From Trichoplax adhaerens (Eukaryota > Animalia > Placozoa): a stretch of 64,000 nt of DNA. Positions 26,221 to 40,049 of this stretch are shown here, piece by piece (the stretch's first letter is position 1; each line of letters begins with the position of its first letter). The position numbers and the translations under genes are program-made. Location of the stretch: positions 1 through 64,000 of the forward strand of contig NW_002060965.1 in NCBI RefSeq assembly GCF_000150275.1, written 5' to 3'. Below the pieces are notes generated by a model. It had not been told where the DNA came from and made no database searches. It saw nothing but the letters and a program-made list of their open reading frames with translations.

Positions 26221-29200
26221 TTATTCTAAATAATCCTTTTTCAATTGGTCCGCAATTTTTGTCTCTTTGCATCCACGCAAAATTCTAAATATTGTATCAA
26301 ACTCTGCTGCTGAGCCGAATTCAGAATACCATGCCTCCAACAAACGAAAGCACTTGCTAAATCTGCTAGCATTCGAATCGACTATATCGCTAATGTCATT
26401 CGAAGATAAATATAACCTACGACCAAATTCTTCTAACTTAGCTGATTTTATGTTATTGGCGATGGATACGAAGATATCATGCCTTTTAGAATCTAAAGGA
26501 CATCAAAATATTAAAGCAATCAATAAATTGGGAGGAATTGTTAATTCATTGTCATTGCCTAATTTCCAATTATAGCACATCTATATCTATATATTATTAG
26601 GAATACTGAAAATCATAGACAATGAATTATTTTATTTTAGGTAGTCTTAACTTAGTATTGAACAAATGAGTAGATTTTACATTGAAACTAGTTTTAGTAT
26701 GATAATGACAATTCATTCCTGTTGCGAAACTATGGCAATGGATTAATAGTTTTTAAAACAATGAAATGACTGCGCTACAAAAGTTATACCGTACTTAGTG
26801 AGAAAGTATCATCAAGCTGTTACATGTTCTTAAAAGCTATTTGAGACAGCTAGATGACCATTACTGACTTACCATCTTGTATTGGATCCATAGCGTTTTG
26901 AGTTGCTGTTCCTCCTTGTTCAATATTTGCAGATTCTTGTGCAACGCGTTTAATATCCACAGATTTGCGTTAATAGAAGCAAGTAACATATAAATAAACA
27001 TGAAATTATTAAATTTTTTCACATTAAAACTACCGGCTCATTCAAGTTGCTTGATATGAAATTACTGCAGGTTTTGCAACATAATTCTATGCATATATTT
27101 TTAACGAACTCTATACTTACTTCTATGAAATTAAAAAAGCGACAAAAAAAACAATCAGGATCAATTTGAAAGATTCTATTAACTTATATAATTTAGAGCT
27201 CCTTCTTCCTTTTATAATACTACTTTAAAAGCCTAAATGAGATCTACGTTAAACTATTTATCACTATTCAAACATTTACGATTTTATTGGAATATGAGTG
27301 AGGCTCCAATTTCAGACATCAAAACATTATTTTACGGCAAAAAGAAATGAGAAGGATAATAAAATTGTAGCATTTATTCGCTAATAGTTCAAATATTCAC
27401 TGCTAATAAATTGATTAACATTTAATCTAGTTAAATCGATAAAACGACTAAAAACCCATTTATTTTTACGTACGTAGTTTATGGGTGTCTACCGCTGATT
27501 GAGACTAAAACTGATGTAATGTTGATTATTATTCGTTAAATAGACGGTGTCAACTCCAAAACTCATAGATAGATTTCAAGTTTTTTGCTAGTGACTTAGC
27601 TGACTAAAGCTAAATTAAATAGAAATATCGGTAGTATCCCAGGTAATATTAAAATGTCCAGCCAAAATCAAGTTATAACCTTTAGGTCAATTTTACTTGC
27701 ATTTACTGTTATCAGACTTAGCCATGAATATCTAGCAGAATTGGGATAACTTAAAAATTAACCTTATTGGCCGGAATCGTAATGAAAGAAGGAATTGAGA
27801 TATTAATAGATTCTTAATGAATCAACTCTCAGCTACCCGTCTAGTCAAGAGAAGTAACTTATAATTCATTTTGCTAATATGATATTTTTTAAATTTAGTC
27901 TGCAATTAAACATAAAATTTTTATCTTATTTGGCTATACCTAATGATATTGTCCACCCATGGGCAGATTCACATTCATAAATTCCATTGCAATCGCAATA
28001 GAGCAGCTTTAAATTATCTTGAACCGGATTCTTTATTTGTAAAAATCTATCGCAAGGAGATAGAGGACATTTTATAAAATATAAGCAATCTGAATTTTGG
28101 CATCTTGGCATCCTTTCCTTAATCAATGATTCCAGTTTATTTCTAATAAATATATACGGTGGCTTTTCATATATCAGTTTTTTTACTTTATCCTTTATCT
28201 GTCCCTGTAGCCTAGGGTTATTAGGTATTATTCGATAGCGATATTGAATACCAATATAGGAACTCTCTTTTTTAACTATAATGTCACAAAAATCATTTTT
28301 CAGGCGATATTTTGCACACTTGGAACGCGGTTCGATACTTGACCCTTTCCATTCTTTATAGCAAGATACAAGTAAGCAAAAGAATATACCATCTGGAATA
28401 TAATGTAGTTTTGATGACTTAAACCCAACATATAACCATCCCGACGTCATAAATCCTTTGTGATCAAATTCTTGATTATTTGAACGAAATAAATAGGGTA
28501 CAAAATACTGATCTGGGTGATTATCATCTTTATTACTGATCTTGCAAATCATGTCATAAGATTCCATTAAATCTAATAAAAACTTTTTTTCCTTTTTTTT
28601 TACTTCTAGCTGATCGAATTTGCCATAAATATAGTGTTGCGACATAATTCCTTTATTTCGAATTGCTTCATATTCCAAATCCATAGCTAATCCATTACTG
28701 TCAGGCTCATCTAGCTGAATAATTGTACGAAATATATTTAATAGCCATTCAACTTGAGTAATGACTTTTCCTTTGACAGGTTCTTTCTGACAATAAACAA
28801 TTTCTCCTAGATCATGTAGATAGAGTAACATTTGGTGAATATCATCTTTTCCTTCACATAATTTATACTTTTTCGCTAGAAGCTCGACTTCTTCAGCCGT
28901 CATAATTCTACTAACACGTTGATTTAAATTTGTAGAAAATTTTACCGCTTGTTCATTAAATCGATCAAGAGATGTGTGCAATATAGCTGCCATTATATAC
29001 CATTTGAATGGAATTTTAGAAAAGTGATCAATAGAAGGTTGATTATGGACGAAATCTTTCAGGATATTATGCAATTGACCACAATTTTTTTGACGTTGCA
29101 ATAGCGTTTTTTTACTGTTATCTTTATCATTGCAGTTAAATATTATTTTTGATCTGTATATATGTCTAGAATAAGAAGGAAGCTTTTCATTAATACATTG

Positions 29201-32200
29201 ACAAAATTCCTTAAATCTTCGTTGGCAGGCCTTTTCATCTCCTATTTTATCAGCGTGAGTTCCGATTAAAATAACTATAGGCCATGCGATATTTTCTGGA
29301 GCGCCAATAATTTTGTTCTCAGTTCGAACCTTACTTTTACTACTACCAATAATCGAGACGAGCCATTCTTGTATAGCCTCTAAGTATGTCATTTTGGTAT
29401 CATTGCCACTTCGATCAACGACGTTTTTATCTATATCTTGGGACATATCAAGGACTAGAATGTAGATACAATTGCAAGATATAAATGGTTGATGAGTTAT
29501 ATGATAGATAGATTGACCAGCAAAATCCCATAGTTTACCATAATGATATTCATCTATCATGATATCTTTATTTAATTTGTAGCCCTCTCGAAAGTATTTC
29601 TCGAGAAAATCGAGAGGAATTGTTTCTTCATCTATCGGTACAGGCTGAGATGCGATATGATCAGCGTTATTTGCAGAGCTATGACTGTACACGTATGGTG
29701 GAAATTGCGATGCTAGTGTTGTTCGTGGGTTATCGCTGAAGGAAAAATCTGTAAATGGTCTCTCTTCTCGCATTTTACGTTTAACAGTTTCTATAGCTGC
29801 AACTACTTTTCTAGCTAGAACATCTATAAATTCATCGACCGTTTTATTATCTACGTTATATGTTAGCAATTTGACAAGTTTTTTCTCTACTACTGCAGCT
29901 GTTGTTGGTCCAATTTTACGAATCAAACCTTGTTGAGTGAAAGCTTGGATAAAACACGATTTTCCGACGTTTTGAGGACCGGTTATCATGAATCTAATGA
30001 AGTCATTGCGACAAAATCCTTCTCTTCTAGCTTTTGCATACGCTTCCTTATATTCTTTCTCTTGAGTAAACATAAAATTGAACGTTAAATAATAATTATT
30101 AATTCTTATTTCTAATGTATCGCGGAAATGCGTTAACGGATATTTTATTTGAAAATTATAATTATAAACTGCATGACTTGATAATATGGCTACAGTAATA
30201 TTGCATGTCACAATATTTCATATGAAAACATGCTACTATTATCATATTTTTGCAGCTAATCTTAAGCCAGAGAGTATCATTACCACCTTAATAAAATACA
30301 GTTATTGCGAGAAATAAATCGTCACCTTTCAGTGCGGACGGCACATCTCGATAGCTGTTTTGGAGTCCATCCTTTTCTTTTTTATCTACTGCTAATATAG
30401 AAAATCAATGATTAGAATAATTGTTAACGTACATATTAGAAATATTCTATTATAATGGGAGCAATAGCGAATTGCTATTTGATATTCTTGTGTAGATGGT
30501 GGCTTGTTACCCATTTAGTAAGTATTTAATTAATTTTTCGTAGAGATTCTCATAATAATCAACTCTTTTTATCCAAAAAATTGTAGAACTTAAAGAGTAA
30601 AATCTCTAGTACGTCGCAACTTTACTATTTAAAACCCATCTAGATTTTTACATTGCTTAATTGCAGTGCTGATAAAACTACTATCGTTATTTGCAGTTAA
30701 AAATGTAAAGTAATAATGTATCTAACATTTCATGTAACAGAGTTCGCAAAAATATAGTATTCGTATGATTATGTTTATTCAAGTTTATAAATACTTGTAT
30801 TCCTCAGAAATAAACGGATCTCACGCCATCAGCCGATTGTTAACAGGAAAATCATTCTCGAATTTCAGTGAAAGCGCAATTTAATCGCTATTTGAAAAGT
30901 AAGCACATTATTTCACATTTACTTTGCGCTGTGCTGTTAATGTTTTGTAGCATTTATTCTCGTATTTGATAGTACAGTTTACGTGTTTTTAAGTTGACGG
31001 AAATCATAGACTGTAATACACTTGCTTAAAACTACTCGTATCCTACAGTATAAAGGATTTAAATATCTAATAGTTATTAAAAATGCATACAATTAAGATT
31101 GAATGGAGTCAATAATCTGAACTCTAGGTACATCTTCCTAGGAGTATAATATAACCTGATAGACTATCGCGATCGTCCAGAGGGTAATTACTTTTTCCAT
31201 TTGAAGAACTTTCTCCTATGGATAACTCAGCTTTAAATAGAGAAAATTGCAAAATTAATGTAGGAGCTACTAAATTACTCTTGATCAAAATTCGACAAAC
31301 TTAATAACGTAACTCGACGTGCTTAATAAAGTGAAATTATTTTTTCGAATATGAAATACCTCCTATAGACTTTGGCATTTTCTTATTGTCGTCTTTAATT
31401 TGATTGTCCAGTTCACGTAGTCTCCTTTTCTCTACATTAGTAAGGTATAAAACTAATGTTATATTGAGGTTGTATTGCTTATCAATTCTTATAACACCTC
31501 ACAGCTATCAAAGAATGGCAGTTCTTAAGAGAATTCACTGATACAGTAAATGAGTAAATCGGTCACTTTTAACGAATTCATGATAATAATATTTGTACTG
31601 TACATATGTTGCAAATTCGTATGTAGTGTGCTATGATTATAATCTACGTTAGAGAACGTGTTAAAGGTAAAATAATTTTTCATAGAAGAACCTTGATTGC
31701 TATTTATTCCTTCGACAATATCATATCTATCAATGTGTAGCAAAGCGTCTTCCAGATTGCTAAGAATATCACATGGATCATGTCTCTTTCCCCAGATGTT
31801 AAGTAATTCTAGCGCTTGATCAAATACATGTTGGTGCTGTGACTTGATGACTTCGACGTTAATAGAATGATCTAAGATTGCTGCCAATTTTGTCCAATCC
31901 ATTCCAATCCTGTTTGCAATGTCGTAAAAATACAGCGTAGGATCTATATAGTGTATCCAACAGATTAATTTTAAACAAGAAGTAGCCGAAGAATGCTAAC
32001 AGTTTAAAGTCAGAAGCCGTTATTAAAATGGAGTAATCATTTCCTTGAGCTACATTCGTAGTAGCAATGAATTAAAGAATACACTTAACAGTACTCTAAC
32101 CCTAAAATCTATTTTGAATTACAATTAATTACATGCTTAATGAGGTAAAATTGTTTTCTTAAAATATGAAATACCTTCTGTAGACTTTGATGTCTTATTA

Positions 32201-33194
32201 TTGCCTTCTTCAATTTGATTGTCAAGTTCACTTAGTGGCGGCGACTCTAGATTAGTATAGTATAAAACTTATATTACATTGATGTTGTAACAGCTAAAAT
32301 ATGTTTGATCTGTATGATTGTATGGCATAATGAGTGAATTGAATACTGTAGTTCATACTAATGTTATTATCTAAAAGTCAATTTAATTTAATTTGCTAAT
32401 AATCATATAAGGATATAGGTATTATCAATATTTCAAGCTTTTAAAAATGCAGTAACAATATATCTGAAGTCTTACACAAAATGGCCAACAAAAGTGATAA
32501 ATTCTACCTTATTTGATTTTTAAAAAATATTACTACTCGCCAAAATACTCTCAGCTATCAACGAATAACCGTGCATAAGAGCATTAGCTGATTCAGTGTA
32601 TAAGCAAATCAGTCATTTTCAACAAAGCCTCCACATCAATATATGTATGTTACGTTTGTATATCTAGTGTGCCATGATTATAATCTACTAAACAAATCGT
32701 GTTAAAGATACAAGTAACTTGTCCTACAAGAACCTTGATTGCGGCTTATTTCATGGGCAATATCGAATCTACTAATGCGTCGTAAGCCATTTTTCAGTTC
32801 CTCAAAGGTGGAATACGTGTATGAGCCACGTTTCTGGTACCAGATATAGAGAAATGTCATCGCTTGATCAACTATGTTATAATTTTTTGCCTTAATTGCT
32901 TCAATGTCAATTAAAGGATCTAATATCGCTGCTAATTTTATCCAGTCCATGTCAATCTTGTTTGCAATTCTGAAAAAAACGGCTGTAGGATCTATAAAGC
33001 GCATAAAATACACCAATCTTAAACATGCGGTAGCAGAAAAATGCTAACAGTTTGCAGTTCGAATTATTAATTATTAATAGAATAATCAAGTTATTAAACG
33101 AAACAATCAATTCGATTAACTTTCCTAATCGTAACAACGTTGAATTTAAGAATCGATATTCAAGGTAAGGTTACGGACCTTCTATGCTATCCAT
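26221..33194 (-). CDS. Roco GTPase 2: DD - DD - Roc - COR - Cys cluster - DD (~1090 aa; start uncertain)
   Basis: Exons: 33194-33179 (putative ATG, aaaATGg), 32991-32734 (DD), 32246-32175, 31943-31692 (DD), 31431-31360, 31230-31156, 30391-30326, 30060-27940 (Roc-COR; GPQNVGKS, WDFAGQ, IGTHAD), 26935-26873, 26492-26221 (DD: IANNIKSAKLEEFGRRLYL..LLEAW). All internal introns are phase 1. Confidence 0.8.
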
Positions 33195-34189
33195 TTTTGG
33201 TAAGCGGAGAGCTTGTTAATTTTATGCCTGAAACCTGAAATTCAGAATATGAATGAAAGCCGACTGCTATCATTTTAAGGATAAGTAATACATAGAAAGG
33301 AAGTAATGATGCTGATATAAATTATTGATACCTTCAGGAGGACTTATTTTTCTCGATTATTCTTTTTATGTGGATTATTCAATCGGATGCTTGCTATCCG
33401 TTCAAATTTTGTTTCTTTGGACAATCGTAGAAAATTAGTACCAATAGTTATTATATTTCGCGCTGAATCAAACGGTAACACCAAAACATTAATTATTATT
33501 TTATCTACTTATCTAATATTGATAACTTTTTTTATTAAAACAGTAGTGATATCGAAAAACTCTAGCTATTGCAATTATTCACTATCAAATTTAAAATCAA
33601 TGATGCAGTTTAAAAGTTATCGTAGCTATTCCACATTCCATCTCTAATAGACTGAGAATTCAAAATTACAAGACGCTTTACAAGGCGCTTTACAAGACAT
33701 GAACAAGATAAAAAATAGTACAACAGCAATGATCGCAGATTAATTGTAAAATTTCTGTACCGAAATTAGGTTAGCGTTGCTTTTTAAAAGTATACGCGTT
33801 AAAGTACGAACAGAATGCCAGTTCAAGACTACCGATAATTGTTAATGTTACAGTTATAACATCTCGATTATGATATTATAAGTAGGCGTCCTCATTTCTT
33901 ATTAAGTCTCATTTTATTACATAAATGAGTGCTTTTGGATAATATTTTGCTGCAATAATGCTAATAATTTAATATAAAAAGGATGACAAATTGAGCAAGT
34001 ATTGAATAATTATTAAGATGATCTTAGCATCGGTTAACGTACACGGTTCACATTTTACTTTGATTAATTCACATCCTACGCAACAAGTTATCTAAATTCG
34101 TTGCCTAGATCTTATGACATCAGGTAAATCCGATATATAGGCTAATTGAAGTCTAAACTTCAAAATTATATAATCTTAAAAGTTATTAC

Positions 34190-34509
34190 CTCGTTAATTA
34201 GCGATGATTGCTACTTTGTCTAATACGAGAAAGAAGCTTTTTTTACTGTACAGAATCTTACAGCAAAAGTGTACTTCAAATGGGAAACCAAATGAGTTTC
34301 AGTTGATTCAAAAAGGTATTAATAGGAGTAAACTGAGTGACGTTTTCAAAATTTCCAAAACAAGCTATTAGGTAGTCATCCAAATTGTGTCAAATCTCTT
34401 TACTACGCTATAACTAGGTATAATCAAGCCTTTTATGTAGTCTTCTTTTTCGATCAGTATGCGTCGATGATCATGCCTTAACTGGTCTATTGCCGAATTT
34501 ACCGCTCAT
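34190..34509 (-). pseudogene. Decayed CARD-like first exon of Roco 2
   Basis: ATG at 34509 (MSGKFGNRP), then across frameshifts LRHDHRRILIEKEDYIKGLIIPS .. VLEILKT .. NTFLNQL, ending at a G|gtaata donor. Resembles CARD helix 1 (MTQEHRKMLIDKR in the adaptor at 47670) but has stops and frameshifts. Confidence 0.45.
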
Positions 34510-35149
34510 AGCTAGCAATAACGGACTCAGTTGGAGTAATAGGCCACCCAAACATTAGTCAATCTTAGCGCATTTGGACAGTAGGATTAATCGAACATGT
34601 CTATATAACTGTAGTAGATTAATTATAATTATCTATTTTTTAGCGAATTACGTACTTTTACCACTGTCACATGACGCCCACAACGCGATAATGGTAATTA
34701 GCTAAAGAATCAAAAATCAATTTTATAAAATTACGTTGTAAAGTTCTATGTAGGCCAACTAGTTGGTTCCAACTGTAGATTAGCCCGAGCTGATCCTCTA
34801 TAAATGGCCTCCTATGCAATTAGCGCTTTTTGGCTCTATAAAATGATTTCGTACCAGTTCATGACATGAGATAGACAAGTAAATAACCATTGTAGGTCAC
34901 ACTAAGATTCAATACGTGCTTCGAGTGTTCTAAACTGGCGCACAGGGTAGGCAGGCTTTCTACTAGACTGCAATTGTACATTTAGCGGCATTGATGATCA
35001 TGACCGCGGCAAATGGCCTACTATTATACACTTTGCGCACTTTGACTATAAAGAATTCATTTGGCAGTGAAAGGAAACTCTTTCTGAAATGATATCCCAG
35101 CTAATGTGTGACTTATAAATGATCATTTTACTAGGATTTACTTAGCACT

Positions 35150-35330
35150 GTGAGAGTAATAAACTACCGCAAACGGGTAGGCAATCTCGATACATGTGTT
35201 TAGAAAGATTAATCAACTATTTATCAAAGTAGAGTATAGATATCTTTTTGGGCAGCGAATCATGTGATTTCTCTACGATCACATGATCTCATTTACATAA
35301 TAAAAATGCCGCTTTAATAAGGTAAAATCA
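35150..35330. promoter_or_regulatory. Putative shared promoter block between divergent Roco 2 and Roco 3, with inverted TCATGTGA/TCACATGA E-boxes
   Basis: tcatgtga at 35260-35267 and tcacatga at 35279-35286; the block is homologous to 22270-22450. Confidence 0.4.
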
Positions 35331-35632
35331 ATCTTGCTGTTTGCTTTAATAGACTACGATGGAGATAACGTCAATACTAGATCCATCGATGTTTATAATC
35401 GGAAAAGTTGTGGTTCTCTTGGATTTACTATCATCCGATTGACAATAATTATCTGTTTAGCTTATACTAATGGTTTCAGATTTGTGGAGACTTTGCCAAT
35501 AACGGTAAAAGTGTTGCAAATTAACCAATAGATCTATTTTCTTGAGGGATGCGTTGGCTCTTGTTAATGCCTTGTAAACGCTGTTTTCATTCTTGCAGTT
35601 GAAGAAGTGCTAAAGCAAGTGAATAGTGAAAA

Positions 35633-38600
35633 ATGAGTAACTTTTTTCAAAAACTTGGAAAAATTGGGGCTGAAATTGACAAGTCAACTAGGCATTTTTT
35701 AAGGGATGCTGGAGATGAAATAGAGAGAGCATCTTCGCGCATAGGGGATGAACTCGCGAGAGTATCTACGCGGGTAAGACGTTCCTTGCGTCGGGGTCTT
35801 CAACGGAATCCTCAGAGGAAGAATTAGAAGAAATAAAGATTGAAAATAATGCAATCGAAGCTACTGCGGGGGCTGAATTTTCCAACACAGAATTATCTAA
35901 TGACCCGAAAATGTCGGCAGACATTCCTACAACTGAAGCTACCAAATCAGGTACCAAAAATCCTGTAGTAGATAATTTAAAATGACTGTAAGATTTAAAG
36001 ACTCTGGATAGGATAGAAGTGAGTTATGGAATTATTTCTCTAGATCAGCAACTAGAAAAATCTTTGACTATTAATGCATTACTTTCCAATGCGTTACCCC
36101 AAACTCTACCATATTTATAAGTACATCAGCTTTCAATTATAAATTGATTTTCGCAAATCATCGCCAAGATAGTCCTGACTAAACTGATTGTTAGATAAAT
36201 CTATTCATAAATTTTGATTTTTTTAATCAACAAACTGCGGTACTATACAATCAGCTGTAATAAGTTCGAAATTATTTGATCGAATTAGTATTGTGCAAAA
36301 CACTCCATCCTATGCTGCCTTTAATTACTATTTCTATAAGAATTAGTTGTTGCAGAAGCTACATGGACTGTTCAATCTTCAATGTAAATCATATAATTCG
36401 AAAGTAATTTTGAATAGAGTTCTATGGTTTAAAATGACAGCCATGTTCTGTTTTTGTTCGGTATATTGCCTATTAATAGATATTAAAGCGTGGTTTAACC
36501 TAATTAGTTTGACTAATTATAATAAAAATTTATTATATCATCATTGCATGTCATATACGTACTAGTTTTTGTAGCACCTTACAGCTATTTGTGGCACTTT
36601 ACGTGGGCTGCTCTAATAAATATGTTATTGTGCCTAAATATTTCATAGAACAAGAGTACCATGAAGCTTACCACAAAGCAAAAAAGCATGGATTCTGTCG
36701 TAATGACTTCATCCGCTTTCTCATAACTGGTCCTCAAAATGTTGGCAAGTCATGCCTTATTCAAGCATTAATTTATCAAGGACAGATCAATAAGGTGGAA
36801 GCTACAACTGCCGCAGATATCATATCTGAACTACTAAATCTGATAACTTATAATATGGACGATAAGTCAATAAATGAATTTAAGAAAATCTTAGATAATA
36901 AAGTCAATACAGCGATAGAGACGGTTAGAATATTAGTCAAGAAACCATCAAACTCATTGAATTCTCAAGTCGATGACGATTCACAATCTACTACGGAATC
37001 GAAAGATGAATCTAATAGTGTAGTGATGATAGATAATACTCCAATTGAAGAAGAATTTCTGAATAAATCAGTTTCCTTAGATATTTTGGCAAAATATTTT
37101 CAACAAAATCGTAATTTACAGGCACAATTTCAGCCAGATTATTGCCGATATGCCAAATTGTGGGATTTCGCTGGCCATTCTATCTACCATGTAACTCATC
37201 AACCATTTCTATCTGATCATTGCATCTATATTTTGGTTTTAGACATGTCTCGAGACATTGATAGCTATGTCATTAATAGGGAAGGTCAAGAGCTAAACTT
37301 GACTTACCTTGATACATTACAAGAATGGCTAACTTCCATAATTTGTAGCCGTCGGGATCAATGTGTGACAAGAGCTTTAATTGATAACGCTTGGGAAGAA
37401 ATTGCTTGGCCTGTCATTATTCTAGTAGGTACACATGCTGATAAAATAGGCGATGGACAGGCTTGCAAGCTACGATTTAGTGAATTTACTTGCAAGCTAC
37501 GACAAGAATTTCCCGCTTATGCTAAAAATATATACGGTTCAGGGCTCATATTTAACTGTGATGATTTAGATAATACTACAGGTGTTATTGAGCAACGTCA
37601 ACGTGATTGCTCTGTCTTACATAATATCATGAAACAATTTGTGATTAATTCTCCAATTATCGATAACTTTAGTAAAATTCCGATTCGATGGTATCCCATG
37701 GTAGCTCTATTGCATAATTTCTCCAACATTAAAGATGCAGAAAGTGCAAATGGAGACTATCAACAAGTAGAAGCGATTAGTAAAATCATATCGACTGAAG
37801 ATGTACAACGATTAGCTGAAAAACATTATTTATGCGATAAAGATGAAGATATTCGAATGATGTTATCGTATCTACATGACATCGGTGAAATTGTATACTG
37901 TCGAAAAGGATCTGCTAAGGGCATGATTGTGACTCAAGTTGAATGGCTTTTGAATATTTTTCGTTCTATCATTCAACTACGTAAACCTCATACTAAAGGT
38001 TTAGCTACGACAGATGAATATGAAAAGGCGAGAAATACAGGCATTATGTCATTTTCTTACATCGACTTCCAACTGAATAAGCTTAACGTGGCAGAAGATG
38101 AGAAGAAATACATACTCGATCTAATGGAATCACACGATATGATTTGCAAAATCAACTCTAACAATCTTGATAGTACCAGCGAAAACGTCCAATATTATGT
38201 CCCCTATCTATTTCGCTGGATAAGTCAAGATATCGATTCGAGTCAATTTAAAACATCCAATTGGCTTTACATTGGATATGAACGTTGCCATATACCTTAT
38301 ATCCCAGATGGTATTTTATTTTGTCTCCTTATTTCATGCTTAAAAGAATGGAAAAACTGTATTATTGAGCCTGGATATAAGTGTGCTAAATATCGATTTA
38401 AAGATGATTATTACGATATTATTATTAAGAAAGTGAAATCATATATTGCTCTTCAATACCGTTATCGAGATCTGAGTGACAATCCCGAGTTACAAGAAGA
38501 AATTGAACAAAAGATGACAGAATCAATCCAAAAAAATAAACCTTACGAGTTTGTTCGACATAAAATAGAATTACTAATTGAAGAGAGAATGCCAACCTGC

Positions 38601-40049
38601 CACCCATTTCGAAGTCACTATTTCACAAGATGCCCTCACTGTCAGGCTTTCAATATGATTGAAAAAAGCTTAGAAAATAGTGGTAAAATATTTTGTGACT
38701 GTAACGAAATTTACGATCACGCATCTTCTCATGGATGGATAGCTGGTAGGGTAATAATTAGTACTACTAGTTAAAATCATATTATCTATTAGTTTATCAG
38801 ACATGCAACAACTGTACCTTTGATGCTGTAATTATCTAGTATTGCATTTTAAGATTTTCACTAATTCAGCAGTATAGCCAATTGATCTCAATTTATTAAT
38901 TATTACTTGTTTAATAGAATGTCTCTTACCATCATACAAATCACAGGTAGTAAAAAATAACATGAATAATAATTGACGTTTTCACTCTATTTTCCTACAA
39001 TAACGCGATTCAATACTGATGATGATTTAAATTAGGCTTTAATTAAAGAAACACTTACGCTTCAGTAATGATAAGACTAAATCTAATAGGATAAATGACA
39101 GTCGATGATCCAATTAATCATTACGTAACGATATAAATAAACATTAAGATCTTCATTCTCGACATAATTCGATCACATGTATTATTTTAGCTTGTACATT
39201 GAATAAAACGAAAGTTTCAAGAAAACTGGCCAGGTTCAAATCGGATGATAATCTAAAAGAATCGAATCTAAATAACCTGTTACACAATGGTAAGTAATGA
39301 AATTGCTCTTCATCAATACCAAAATATCTTAAAACAGAGAGTTATCTTTGACATTTTAGCTGTAGTACTGTCGTTATTTGATATATTGTTTATAACTCAT
39401 TGCCAACATGATTTCCTCGCATAGCAGAGCATAAATGAGAATGTTAATGCCTGTATTGTTGCTATCCTTTCTCACCCAGCAATGAAACCAATACTCATTA
39501 AAACCAAAATTCGTAATAATTGATGAAAGGTCGCATTAGCCGATACCAGTAGGATACGATAATGCACAGTTATAAGAGTAAAATCCAAAAGCAATAATCT
39601 TTTACAATTTAAAGTAGTAAAACACATTTAGACTTGATTGCAATTATGATGTGAAAGCTACCTGATGTAATCGTTAGTGATATTTTAGCTGCTTCAGTAA
39701 AGTAATTTACATGTATATTCAGGCACAAATTACGCTCAAGTAATGCAATAAATTTCGCATTTCAGAGAGTAAAAGAAATCAGTGCTTTATCACTATTGCT
39801 GATAATATGAACGGAAAAAAGTTGAAAGAATTTGGCTGGAGATTAGGTTTATCTTCTATAGATGTAGGAGACATTGTTGATAGCAATGAAGAAAGATTTG
39901 CAAAGTGCATGAAATTGCTGGAAGCATGGCATCTTAAATTTGCGTCAAAAGGGAATAAGGATAGTTTATTGGAGGCCTTAAATAGTTGTAAACTTGCTAA
40001 TATAAGTGATAGACTTATCAAGATATTTACTATCGATGATAAAAATTAA
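35633..40049 (+). CDS. Roco GTPase 3: amphipathic N-terminal helix - acidic linker - Roc - COR - Cys cluster - DD (apparent 1-nt frameshift in the first coding exon)
   Basis: Exons 35633-35950, 36649-38745 (Roc-COR; GPQNVGKS, WDFAGH, VGTHAD, LSYLHDIGEIVY), 39191-39289, 39766-40049 (DD: IADNMNGKKLKEFGWRLGL..LLEAW). The 35633 ATG frame stops at 35825. One extra base near the G-run 35783-35786 would join it to the open frame ending in the phase-1 donor at 35950. An in-frame ATG also exists at 35911. Confidence 0.75.

Noticed and set aside
26267-26575. Plus-strand ORF; likewise 39779-40021, 35766-35957, 41492-41689, 54931-55185, 14183-14440, 14942-15124, 38425-38607, 58716-59091
   Set aside because: Antisense or alternate-frame shadows of real exons.
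27926-30211. Treating the 694-761 aa Roc-COR ORFs as complete single-exon genes
   Set aside because: Paralogue similarity begins at AG acceptors (EKEY/EQEY) and ends at GT donors; the ORF extensions are intronic.
13782-38774. Naming the Rocos LRRK2, DAPK1 or MFHAS1, or calling them NLR/Apaf-1 NTPases
   Set aside because: No kinase, LRR or ankyrin exons found; the motifs are GTPase G1/G3/G4, not NACHT or NB-ARC.
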